This document shows positions 38,525 to 48,070 of a DNA stretch of 64,000 nucleotides, piece by piece. Position 1 is the stretch's first letter; the number at the start of each line of letters is the position of its first letter. The notes beneath the pieces were generated by a model. The model made no database searches. It was not told the DNA's origin and saw only the letters and a program-made list of their open reading frames with translations. A program made the position numbers and the translations under genes. This DNA is from Gammaproteobacteria bacterium (GTDB taxonomy: Bacteria > Pseudomonadota > Gammaproteobacteria > Eutrophobiales > Eutrophobiaceae), in the NCBI GenBank assembly GCA_965243205.1, contig CBDEUK010000002.1:160001-224000 (forward strand). Direction: 5' to 3'.

Positions 38525-40414
38525 TTATAGTCTTGAAGAAACAAACTCGTCTGATTCAATCTCAACAGATTGGATTGCATCTTCTTCTTCAAATGAAGCT
38601 TTAGCAGCACCAACAAATTCTCCCATTGCTAAATCAGTACCATTAGCTATAGCGGTTGTTAAAGAGATTGAATCATTAATGTCTGTTACAACTACATATC
38701 GATTTGTTCGACGTAAGTAACTAATAAAGTTTTCAGATTTATCATCGACAGTCTCAACCAATTTTAATTCTGATAATTTATCATGATTGATGATCACCAT
38801 CCTAATATCGATCTTTGTCATGATCTCAGATAGTTCAGACAGTTCATTGATGTCACTTATCGCAAAGTTAAAACCATGCGAACTATGAAGATAGTTAATC
38901 AAAGCGATGATTTGTTTTTTATTGTCCTTAACAATCGAATGTGAAATATCAAGAATAATATTATTGCCTGGAGCTTGTTCCTCGTAATCACTCAGTAATG
39001 TTCTTAGCCAATTAAAAAATGTTGGGTCATCAAGTGTTTGTTGATTCAGTTTTAGTAAAAAATAGGATGGCTCAACTCCAGTTTTGATATCCATAATATT
39101 ACTGATGGTTTCTTTCAATAACCAACGATCGTAATATTTTATAACATCGTCTTCATGAATGTTTTCTAATAAATCGTTGCTATTTATTTCCTTGTCTTCT
39201 TTATCCATCAGTAATGAAGATAGATAATATAAATCATGTTCTGCTAGAAAAGAATCTTCACGTCCAGACAACATAATAATTGGCTGAAAAGTTTTAATCA
39301 TACTATTGTCATTAATAGATGAAACTAAAAGAGTAGCGTTTTCATCTAACTTATCAATATTAAGTTCAATATCGTATATTTCATTATTTGCTTCACTTTC
39401 ATTTTTAGGATCTGCTGCTTCTATTTCTTTATCAAAATCATTTTGCGATAGTATTTGTTCTGAGTCAGATTCTTTTTCAACAGGGGTTTGTAATTGTTGA
39501 ATATTTGTTATGTAGATTCGTTTAGATTCTAATTCTATGTTTGCTGCTTTATTGCACGCGATGTGAAAATATTTGATTAAATTCTGTTTGCTAACGGTTT
39601 TTTCAGTTAATGATAATCCACATGAAACGAAATTATATTCAACATTAGTTTCAGTATCGTTATATGGTGTTTCCAGGTGATACTCATGCAGGTTCTTTAT
39701 TAATTCTTTTTCGTCGAAAGATACATTATCAACATCTAATAACACAGCAACCATCGAACCACTGAATAATGTTATATATGGTTGAAAATTATTAGACATA
39801 AAATAACGACAACTTTCTTTTGCGATATGACGAGTGATTCTGTCTTTTGCAAAATCATTGATAGGCTGCTCTTTATTTTTTTCATAAATTCTAAAACCTA
39901 TAATGATTCTTTTTTGAACATTATCAATGGTTTCAATGTCTTGGTTTAAGGTTTTATAGAAATATTTTTTATTAAAAATTTGTTGAATGTTTTTTAGATT
40001 TTCTTGTTGCTTTAATTTTTTCTTTTTAGCAACAATCGCTTCATTGATTGACGCAAAAAGAATTTTCTTTGTGAGCTCTTGTTTGCGTATAAAATCTGAG
40101 ATGCCTAACTTAAGTGCTTTGAATGCAATTTCTTCGTCGTTACTTGCAGTAAGCATGATAGTAACTGGAAAGTCGGGGTTATCCTTATTTTGATGGAGGA
40201 TATCTAAACCAGTTGTATTTTCTAACCTTAAATGATGATCTAATAACAGGACATCATGCTGGCTCCAATCAAAATTTTCATCAGGCGCACCTGATACTAA
40301 AGGATCGTATTCGTGCAAAATATCGCTATCGAACTTTGTTTTTAAAATGCTGTGAGTGAGTTTTCGAAAATCAGGTTCATCATCAAAAATAAGAATTGAT
40401 TGGATATCAGCCAT
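38525..40414 (-). CDS. REC + degenerate GGDEF-like + degenerate EAL protein (FimX-like)
   Basis: REC (FDD, LLLD, MLT, K); FNKKYF at GGDEF start but no GGDEF; FQPII, DRW.L but no EAL or DDFG. Confidence 0.72.
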   Translation of the reverse strand: MADIQSILIFDDEPDFRKLTHSILKTKFDSDILHEYDPLVSGAPDENFDWSQHDVLLLDHHLRLENTTGLDILHQNKDNPDFPVTIMLTASNDEEIAFKALKLGISDFIRKQELTKKILFASINEAIVAKKKKLKQQENLKNIQQIFNKKYFYKTLNQDIETIDNVQKRIIIGFRIYEKNKEQPINDFAKDRITRHIAKESCRYFMSNNFQPYITLFSGSMVAVLLDVDNVSFDEKELIKNLHEYHLETPYNDTETNVEYNFVSCGLSLTEKTVSKQNLIKYFHIACNKAANIELESKRIYITNIQQLQTPVEKESDSEQILSQNDFDKEIEAADPKNESEANNEIYDIELNIDKLDENATLLVSSINDNSMIKTFQPIIMLSGREDSFLAEHDLYYLSSLLMDKEDKEINSNDLLENIHEDDVIKYYDRWLLKETISNIMDIKTGVEPSYFLLKLNQQTLDDPTFFNWLRTLLSDYEEQAPGNNIILDISHSIVKDNKKQIIALINYLHSSHGFNFAISDINELSELSEIMTKIDIRMVIINHDKLSELKLVETVDDKSENFISYLRRTNRYVVVTDINDSISLTTAIANGTDLAMGEFVGAAKASFEEEDAIQSVEIESDEFVSSRL

Positions 40415-40416
40415 AA

Positions 40417-41037
40417 CTAATTATTTTCCTTACTGATCTCATCTTGACGAAGTTCGACTAATTTTGTGAATGCATGAGCTACTTTTGGAGCGTGTTCAAA
40501 ATAAAAGGTTAGATCTGAATAATCTGCGCATAACAGTTCAGAGTTTTCTAATGTCCTGACTGATGCCGTGCGTAAGCCGCCAGTGAAATAGGCCATTTCA
40601 CCGATGGGATCGCCAGGGCCTAAGATTGCGATCACTTTCATTCGGCCTTCTAAATTCGTGTGGTATACAGCAGCGCTTCCTGTAGCCATAACATACATAG
40701 TGGGATCGTCATCACCTTGCATAATGAATTCATTTTGTTCTGGAACAGATACTTCTTTGAATCGACTACTTAATGCAGCCAAGTCGGTTTGACTTAAGGT
40801 TGAGAAAACAGGGCAGCGAGATAAACGACGAATTCGCTGTAATTTTACAGCGTTTTCTAATTCTTCTTTGCTAATGCTCCCTGATTCTAAGAGTAGTTGT
40901 CCGATAGGTTTATTATGCGTTTGGTCACCTGGATCGAGCACTTGTTTAGATAATGCTTTATTTATAGCACCATTCGAAATCGCTAAGTATTCACCGAGTC
41001 GTTTATCAAATTGATTTGTTTCATCAAAGTTGGTCAT
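40417..41037 (-). CDS. MshEN-like N-terminus fused to cyclic-nucleotide-binding domain
   Basis: RLGEYL...L..Q and IGQLLLESGSISKEELENAVKLQ; cNMP domain with GEMA...RTASV. Confidence 0.75.
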   Translation of the reverse strand: MTNFDETNQFDKRLGEYLAISNGAINKALSKQVLDPGDQTHNKPIGQLLLESGSISKEELENAVKLQRIRRLSRCPVFSTLSQTDLAALSSRFKEVSVPEQNEFIMQGDDDPTMYVMATGSAAVYHTNLEGRMKVIAILGPGDPIGEMAYFTGGLRTASVRTLENSELLCADYSDLTFYFEHAPKVAHAFTKLVELRQDEISKENN

Positions 41038-41442
41038 GTGAAATTGGCTCTGAGAAAGTCAATAATCATTATATTGAATTATTTTAGTAATAAACAGATT
41101 GTTAAAATTTATTATAGGTTTTTTATACAAGTCATTCAAATTATTAGCTTTTCAGAATAAACTTTATATTTCTTCTTAAGTTATACAGGCAATTCTTAGA
41201 CCATTATTATGGATGATGTATTCGTTCATCATATCTACTAAGCATCTTACTATTCGTTATTTATTCAAACTTAAAATATTAATTCCATGCATGGACAAAA
41301 TATTGTCAAAAAATGAAATATTCGTAATTATTCACAATTAAGCAACTATTTGTCATATTATTGACCATATAATTTGTTGTTAATAAGTTAAATGTATAAG
41401 TATTGTATAGAAAAGTAATTATTTAATAGATGAGGTCTAATT

Positions 41443-42441
41443 ATGAGTGCAAATATGAATGAAGAATTTGATGGAATTGAAAATAACAAATTCCGTATCG
41501 GTTCTGTATCACGATTAACAGGTATACCGACGGATACCTTAAGAATTTGGGAACGCCGTTATCAAGTAGTAACGCCAGAAAGAAGTGAGTCCGGCACACG
41601 CTATTACAGTCACTCTGATATTACTCGCTTAGCTTTGATAAAAGAGCTAGTAGAAGAGGGCAATGCGATTAGTACTGTTGCTAATTTAAGCAAACAAGAA
41701 TTAGAACAACGTGTTAGTTTGATCAAATCCTCTACAAAATCGACTAATGTCGTTGAAATGGCGAAATCGTGTAAGTTGATTGTTTGTGGTGATGCCCTAC
41801 CATTGTTCATGCGTAATACTCACGAAGACTTCCCTGAGATTGAAGTGGTTGCTGAGTATAAAAATCCTTTTCAAGCAGAAGCAGAATTACCAGATATAGA
41901 TGCTGATGTATTATTGATGGAATTTCCCGCTTTTCAAGATCAAGACATTGGTCCTTTGCAAACTATCTTAAAACGTCATCCTAATCTTTATCCGATTTTA
42001 GTATATGGTTTTGCAACGCGATCAACTATCGAACTTTTAAATAAATTGCATATTAGTACTATTCGCGCGCCTTTAGATGTTTTTAGATTGAGAAGTGAAT
42101 GCCAGAAAGCATTAAATAACTCGAATTCAACATTTGCCGTTTCACAAATGGAGAGCGAAGAATTAAATGTAATACCGAAAAGGCGGTTTACTCAAGAACA
42201 GATAATGAATTTAATGAATAAACCTCAGCCGAATTCAGTAAATTGTGAATGCCCGAAGCACCATGGTGACATTTTATATAATCTATATGCTTTTGAAGAT
42301 TATACGGTTGGTTGTCAGACAAATAATTCTGACGAAGCGGCCTTACATTGTTATATACACGACTGCACCGTTAAAGCACGTTATATGATGGAACAAGCGT
42401 TAACGAAGTTAATCGAAATAGACAACTTAGATATTAATTAA
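41443..42441 (+). CDS. MerR-family regulator (CarH/LitR-type HTH) with Cys/His-rich C-terminal domain
   Basis: [31 protein letters not shown]; CECPKH...C...AALH. Confidence 0.85.
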   Translation: MSANMNEEFDGIENNKFRIGSVSRLTGIPTDTLRIWERRYQVVTPERSESGTRYYSHSDITRLALIKELVEEGNAISTVANLSKQELEQRVSLIKSSTKSTNVVEMAKSCKLIVCGDALPLFMRNTHEDFPEIEVVAEYKNPFQAEAELPDIDADVLLMEFPAFQDQDIGPLQTILKRHPNLYPILVYGFATRSTIELLNKLHISTIRAPLDVFRLRSECQKALNNSNSTFAVSQMESEELNVIPKRRFTQEQIMNLMNKPQPNSVNCECPKHHGDILYNLYAFEDYTVGCQTNNSDEAALHCYIHDCTVKARYMMEQALTKLIEIDNLDIN

Positions 42442-42449
42442 CTAAAACA

Positions 42450-43097
42450 ATGTTGAGTAAATTAGAAGCCTTATTAAACAAACAGTATAAAATGCCAACA
42501 GAGACAGAAGCTTTGCCTGGTAGAAATGAAGAGTTATCGATTAACAATGTTCATTTCGTAAATGGCAATGTCATAAAGCCACCATTCGATAGTTCATTAG
42601 AATGCATTGTGTTGGCCTTAGGATGTTTTTGGGGTGCTGAAAGACGTTTTTGGCAACAATCAGGTGTATATTCAACAGCGGTTGGATACATTGCTGGCTA
42701 TACGCCTAACCCTACGTATGAAGAAGTGTGTACAGGTAGAACAGGTCATACAGAGGCGGTATTGGTTGTTTATGATCCAAATGAAATAAACTTCGAAACT
42801 ATTTTAACTGTGTTTTGGGAAAGTCATGACCCTACTCAAGGTATGCGTCAAGGTAATGATGCAGGCACGCAATACCGTTCGGGGATATATTATTTTAATG
42901 AAGAACAAAAGTATTTAGCTGAACGTTCCATGACGGAATATCAGCAAAAGCTCATCAATGCGGGTTATCCAAAAATAACGACAGAAATTAAACCTGCTAA
43001 TAAATTTTATTATGCAGAAGAGTACCATCAACAGTATTTAGCAAAGAATCCAAATGGATATTGTGGCCTAGGCGGTACGGGTGTTAGTTGTAAATAA
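42450..43097 (+). CDS. msrA: Peptide-methionine (S)-S-oxide reductase
   Basis: [46 protein letters not shown]. Confidence 0.97.
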   Translation: MLSKLEALLNKQYKMPTETEALPGRNEELSINNVHFVNGNVIKPPFDSSLECIVLALGCFWGAERRFWQQSGVYSTAVGYIAGYTPNPTYEEVCTGRTGHTEAVLVVYDPNEINFETILTVFWESHDPTQGMRQGNDAGTQYRSGIYYFNEEQKYLAERSMTEYQQKLINAGYPKITTEIKPANKFYYAEEYHQQYLAKNPNGYCGLGGTGVSCK

Positions 43098-43105
43098 AGA
43101 CTCGA

Positions 43106-43127
43106 TAAGCCAAGGAATCTTGGCTTA
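43106..43127. terminator. Stem-loop after msrA
   Basis: TAAGCCAAG-GAAT-CTTGGCTTA between convergent ORFs; weak U-tract. Confidence 0.5.
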
Positions 43128-43145
43128 ACTATAAAATATATTAAT

Positions 43146-43331
43146 TTATATATCTGTTTGGTTGTTATTTACATGAACAACAGATGCATGTAGTACACCG
43201 ACAGAATCACTATCTTCATTAGTATGTAATTCTCTTTTCAATGTATCGAATTTTACAACTTCATCATCATATGAGTTTGATGAATAAATACTACCGTTTT
43301 GGCTTCTAAATTGATTTTGTAGGTCTTTCAT
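43146..43331 (-). CDS. Small hypothetical protein
   Basis: 61-aa ORF with purine-rich RBS (AAGGGG) directly after PilZ-like gene. Confidence 0.4.
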   Translation of the reverse strand: MKDLQNQFRSQNGSIYSSNSYDDEVVKFDTLKRELHTNEDSDSVGVLHASVVHVNNNQTDI

Positions 43332-43354
43332 ATATTTTCCCCTTACTTAACTGA

Positions 43355-43852
43355 CTAGATACTTGGAAAAACATTGTGCAAAAAATCTGACCATTTTTTA
43401 TCGCTAATAAAAGAATCATTATTTGCATGTTTCTCTCTTATATAATTTTCTAAATGACAATATTGTTGTAGAGCACGTAATCGCTTTACTGCTTCAACGT
43501 CATTTAGCCAAACGCCTATTAAAAACTGATTTTCTAAGTTCTCGATCAATACGACATCACCATAAAAACAATGTTCCCTGTCTTTTATAGTTATACAAAT
43601 TTGTAATCTTTCGTTAAGAAAAAAACTCTTATTGGAATAAAAACGAATCCCCAAACCTAAACAAGGTTTGTAGTTATTCATATCTAAAATTTTATTAGTT
43701 TTACTTTTTGCCTTAAGCGGAATACTTGGTGGGTGGTCTATAAATCCTTTTTTGATATCTAATGAGAAATAGTAATTAGCGATGTCATCGATAGATAGGC
43801 CGTCAAATTCTTTATCAATAAACATAGAATTTTCAGTGAAATCTATTCTCAT
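43355..43852 (-). CDS. PilZ-like domain protein
   Basis: FIDHP..IP, GLGIRF, G.V......F.IGV.L, Q.CHLENY...W....FP tail; RxxxR motif degenerate. Confidence 0.55.
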   Translation of the reverse strand: MRIDFTENSMFIDKEFDGLSIDDIANYYFSLDIKKGFIDHPPSIPLKAKSKTNKILDMNNYKPCLGLGIRFYSNKSFFLNERLQICITIKDREHCFYGDVVLIENLENQFLIGVWLNDVEAVKRLRALQQYCHLENYIREKHANNDSFISDKKWSDFLHNVFPSI

Positions 43853-44120
43853 ACATTAAACCTTAGATGTAAATTAAAACTATAATAAAATCAATTATTT
43901 AATATATTTAATTAATTTAAAATATTATATGTAATAATTAAAAAAATATCAATAACATATTGATATTAAATAATTTATTTGAATAAATTGGAAAAAAAGA
44001 ATTAGTGTAAAAGATTAACTGTTAATCAAACGATTAACGAATTACTATAAAAATCAGTCAATTATGATTTTATAGAATAATTAAGATTAAAATTTTTTAG
44101 AGAACCTAAGGTATTGAATA

Positions 44121-44597
44121 ATGAAATTGGCGTTTATTAGTTTAATCATTTTAATCATCGTTCTGTGTGGGTATTTTTTTATGCCGCAAGGTAATGATGA
44201 GTTAGAAATAGAAATTTCAAACATAAAACAAGATATCGCTGTCGTAGAAGCTAAGAGTGCATCAGATAAGTCATCAGCAGATGAATCAGAAAGTGAAGAT
44301 TTATCGTATCAACAAAAAGTAGATACCTACCAGCAGTTAGAAAAATCCAGACGTAATTTGGATCGGGTAGTTGCTCGGATCAAAGCCTTGTCATGGAAGA
44401 AAAATTTACCGAGAGAAAAGGCCGAAGCTATAAATAAAGAATTACTCAATGCTCATGGTTTATTGAAAAATAAAAAATTATTAGGAGCCTTTAAAGATCT
44501 TGAGGCAATTCAAGACGAATTAAATAAGGTGCAATATTCACACGGTCAGATAAGTGATTATGTTAAATATATCAAGAGTTTAAAAGATACTAAATAA
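44121..44597 (+). CDS. Hypothetical membrane-anchored coiled-coil protein
   Basis: N-terminal hydrophobic helix, helical acidic/basic body. Confidence 0.6.
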   Translation: MKLAFISLIILIIVLCGYFFMPQGNDELEIEISNIKQDIAVVEAKSASDKSSADESESEDLSYQQKVDTYQQLEKSRRNLDRVVARIKALSWKKNLPREKAEAINKELLNAHGLLKNKKLLGAFKDLEAIQDELNKVQYSHGQISDYVKYIKSLKDTK

Positions 44598-44697
44598 CAT
44601 AACATAAACAACTGTAACGTATATTGAACAGACGTCATAAAACTCGGTCTGATATAATCTGTTTTTTAATGAATTGTTATTTTTTTGGAGTTTTTGA

Positions 44698-45435
44698 ATG
44701 AAATTTTCAACTTTTGTATTACCGCTTCTTTTGATAATCAGTATGCCAATTTCTGTATTGGCAGTTGATGATTCTGTGAAAGAAAAAATAATATCAGGCT
44801 TACAAAAAGTCGATCCGGATTTAGTACCAGATAAAATATCAGCATCTGAAATTCCAGGTCTCTACGAAGTTATAATGGGTGCTGAAGTGATTTATGCATC
44901 AGAAGATGGTAATTACATTTTACAGGGTGAGTTATTTGAACTGCAGGAGGCAGGGAAAGTGTTAAGTATTACTGAAGAAACTGAAAAGAAACAACGTTCA
45001 ACAATATTAAAAACACTGACTGAAGATGATTATATCGAGTTTGCTGCAGATGAAGTTAAACAAACGGTGTATGTTTTTACTGACATTACTTGTGGCTACT
45101 GTCGTAAACTTCATAATGATGTTCCTGAATTAAATGCGAATGGTATTTCAATTCGTTACTTAGCATACCCACGTGGAGGAATTGAAAGCACAGGGGCATT
45201 CGAATTAACCTCTGTATGGTGCGCTGAAGATAGAAATAAAGCCATGACAGAAGCAAAAGCTGGAAAGGCACAAAATTTTAATGAATGCGACAATCCGGTA
45301 GCAAAGGAATATAAACTAGGCATTTCATTTGGCGTTAATGGAACGCCAGCAATGTTTTTAGAAAATGGATATAGAGTACCTGGTTATTTGCCTCCTGCCA
45401 GATTACTGCAAATGATTCAGAAAGAATCATCTTGA
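44698..45435 (+). CDS. dsbC: Thiol:disulfide isomerase DsbC
   Basis: Signal peptide, N-terminal dimerisation domain, FTDITCGYCRKLH, GVNGTP. Confidence 0.93.
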   Translation: MKFSTFVLPLLLIISMPISVLAVDDSVKEKIISGLQKVDPDLVPDKISASEIPGLYEVIMGAEVIYASEDGNYILQGELFELQEAGKVLSITEETEKKQRSTILKTLTEDDYIEFAADEVKQTVYVFTDITCGYCRKLHNDVPELNANGISIRYLAYPRGGIESTGAFELTSVWCAEDRNKAMTEAKAGKAQNFNECDNPVAKEYKLGISFGVNGTPAMFLENGYRVPGYLPPARLLQMIQKESS

Positions 45436-46152
45436 TTACTTTATTATTTTTACGTCATTAATTATCGCGGTATACGTTTTACCTTCTTTGTCGACGTTTT
45501 CTACTTTGACAGGAAGGTAATCTTTATCGATAGCATACCAAATGGATACCGATTGTTTCGTATTCGATTTATGACGTTCTAGCTTTAATGTTCTTAATGC
45601 GCCAATAGCTGTTGATAATGTTTCTTCACCGATAGTTTTGAAAGAATAAGTTTTTAGTTCGCCACCATCTGCAATTTTAAAATCATTTATTGGAAGTTTC
45701 TGATTTAATCTTTGCATGATCACAACTTCATAAAGTAATTTATCATAAACTTCATCTTGTAAAGGCATATTCCATTTACTCTGGTTGGCTTCAGTAATGA
45801 TGGTTTTTTTATTGTGATCGAATTGAATATTAACTTCTCGTATCTTACCGTTTTTGTCACGATAATAATCGTATTCAATAGGTACAATTTTGTCATTTAT
45901 CATCTGCCATATTGATTCTTCTTTAACATCATTGGTATAAAATAGCGACACTAATCCAGTTGTTTTAGTTACCGAGCGAAAACGGTAATTTCCATTTTCT
46001 TTAAGTAAGGAGCGTTGAATTTCTCCTACCACAGAGCCTTCTCGCTTAAGAGTATATGTTGTATCAAACTCGTAAAAATAAAGAGGAGCCGGCCCTACTG
46101 CGAAGCAGATAGTTTGGGGGAAAAATAATAATAGGAATAAATACTTTTTCAT
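45436..46152 (-). CDS. DUF3108-like exported protein
   Basis: Signal peptide from ATG 46152; G.E.L.T..G.L.T.K, WYA....YLPVK. Confidence 0.7.
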   Translation of the reverse strand: MKKYLFLLLFFPQTICFAVGPAPLYFYEFDTTYTLKREGSVVGEIQRSLLKENGNYRFRSVTKTTGLVSLFYTNDVKEESIWQMINDKIVPIEYDYYRDKNGKIREVNIQFDHNKKTIITEANQSKWNMPLQDEVYDKLLYEVVIMQRLNQKLPINDFKIADGGELKTYSFKTIGEETLSTAIGALRTLKLERHKSNTKQSVSIWYAIDKDYLPVKVENVDKEGKTYTAIINDVKIIK

Positions 46153-46231
46153 TAACAGATAAGACCTGCACTCTATGATATGATTCATTATCTAATATAC
46201 ACAACTAAAGTTAAAACAACATTTCATCGTT

Positions 46232-47497
46232 TTGAGAACACTCTATTCTTTTTTTTGGTATATCATTTTACCATTTGTTTTTTTAAGACTGCTCTTATTA
46301 AGTATTAAAAATAGAGCTTATCTTGATCGTTTTTGGCAGCGTTTTGGTTTGGTAGCAAAACGATCGATTGAAAATGAATGTATTTGGATACATGCGGTAT
46401 CGGTCGGAGAAGTGATGGCAACTCAGGCCATTGTTAATAAAATACGTATCGAGAGTCCAAACTATCAAATTATCCTGACGACAGGCACACCAACAGGCGC
46501 TGATACAGTAGATAAATTATATGGCCAATCAGTAAAACATTATTATCAACCTTATGATGTAGCTTTAATCATTAAGCGTTTTATAAAACAAGTTAGCCCT
46601 AAATTATTATTAGTAATGGAAACGGAGTTGTGGCCCAATCTTTTTCATTATTGCAAACTTGAATCGATACCTGTCTTATTAATTAATGCTCGATTATCTC
46701 AACGTTCGACCGAGCGCTATAAAAAGATTCCTCGTTTGACTTTCCCTATGTTTAAAAATGTAAAAGCGATTGCCGCTCAAACGGAGTTCGATAAACAAAA
46801 TCTAATTAACATAGGAGCTAATCCAAATATTATTACTGTGACTGGAAGTATTAAGTTTGATCTAGAGATAGATGAACAATTGAAAATTGCTACAGAGAAA
46901 TTTAAACAAGAACAATTAGCAGAAAGAAAAGTTTGGATAGCAGCAAGTACACATAGAGGTGAGGAAGCAATGATATTAGATATTCATTCATCATTGTGTA
47001 AACAATATCCAAATAGTTTATTGATTATTGTTCCTCGACATAGTGTACGAGCTGATGAAGTTGTTGAGCTATTAGCTAAACGCAATCTAAGTTATCAAGT
47101 TAGGAGTCAGTCAAACAATATTGATTCTAATGCTCAAGTCTTACTCGTGGATACCATGGGCGAATTATTATTATTTTATGGTGTTTCCGACGTTGCATTT
47201 ATAGGTGGAAGTTTAGTTCCTCATGGTGGACATAACCCGATTGAAGCTGCTGTTTTTTCTGTTCCTATACTAATCGGCCCACATGATTTTAACTTTTCTG
47301 AAATCGATTTGAATCTGATTAATAACAACGGAGCAATACGGGTAAATAATACTGAGGAGTTGCAATCTACATTAATAGGTATTTTCAATGATTCTAATAG
47401 GCAACATGAAATTGGTGAAAATGCACATCAGTATGTGCAACAATCACAAGGGAGTAGTCAAAAAGTTTGGAACGTAATCACGACTTTCCTAGACTAA
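46232..47497 (+). CDS. waaA: Kdo transferase WaaA
   Basis: WIHAVSVGE, METELWPN, NARLS, AASTH.GEE, GGSLVPHGGHNPIE. Confidence 0.96.
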   Translation: MRTLYSFFWYIILPFVFLRLLLLSIKNRAYLDRFWQRFGLVAKRSIENECIWIHAVSVGEVMATQAIVNKIRIESPNYQIILTTGTPTGADTVDKLYGQSVKHYYQPYDVALIIKRFIKQVSPKLLLVMETELWPNLFHYCKLESIPVLLINARLSQRSTERYKKIPRLTFPMFKNVKAIAAQTEFDKQNLINIGANPNIITVTGSIKFDLEIDEQLKIATEKFKQEQLAERKVWIAASTHRGEEAMILDIHSSLCKQYPNSLLIIVPRHSVRADEVVELLAKRNLSYQVRSQSNNIDSNAQVLLVDTMGELLLFYGVSDVAFIGGSLVPHGGHNPIEAAVFSVPILIGPHDFNFSEIDLNLINNNGAIRVNNTEELQSTLIGIFNDSNRQHEIGENAHQYVQQSQGSSQKVWNVITTFLD

Positions 47498-47625
47498 TGA
47501 ATTACTAGAGTAAGGAATATGTCCTAAGCATATTTTTTCTTAGATTGTTTCGACTGCAAATGAATCAATTATTTGTTAGGATTCAGTCATAATATATTTT
47601 CTTAATTTTCCTATTGGAGAAACTA

Positions 47626-48009
47626 ATGCAAAAAATAACATTAACTTTACTGCTAATGTTTGGCTTAACAGCAAACACTTCTGCAAAAAATCAATATCCA
47701 ACCGATGAAGTCGTACGTTATGTAGTTGGTTGCATGAGTGAGTTGGGAGGGCAATCTGAAGAGAATCTTTATACCTGTACTTGCCGTATTGACCATATTG
47801 CTGAAGCTCTTACCTACGAAGAGTACGATGGTGGTAATCTCATGGAACGAAATAAAAAAATGCCAGGTAAGAAAGGTGGTTTCTTCCGCGATAATGAATA
47901 CGGTGATGAGCTATACGATAATTTAAAAGCCGTACGAGAGGAAGCTTTTGCTCAATGTCCTACGGTAAGGCGAATTGAAACAAAACGGCCAGGTGCTGCA
48001 ACTGAGTAA
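47626..48009 (+). CDS. Small exported Cys-containing protein of PQQ-dehydrogenase neighbourhoods
   Basis: Signal peptide; YPT...RYV.GCM...CTC.ID.IA...YEEY; four Cys. Confidence 0.65.
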   Translation: MQKITLTLLLMFGLTANTSAKNQYPTDEVVRYVVGCMSELGGQSEENLYTCTCRIDHIAEALTYEEYDGGNLMERNKKMPGKKGGFFRDNEYGDELYDNLKAVREEAFAQCPTVRRIETKRPGAATE

Positions 48010-48019
48010 AAACTCTTAA

Positions 48020-48052
48020 AATAAAAAAGGGCCATTAAGGCCCTTTTTTATT
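48020..48052. terminator. Bidirectional intrinsic terminator
   Basis: AATAAAAAAGGGCC-ATTAA-GGCCCTTTTTTATT between convergent genes. Confidence 0.88.
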
Positions 48053-48070
48053 AAGTATGTAATATAAAGT

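Noticed and set aside
43945-43967. Inverted repeat AATATCAATA-ACA-TATTGATATT
   Set aside because: Lies in extremely AT-rich DNA; may be IHF-like sites but is not distinguishable from chance
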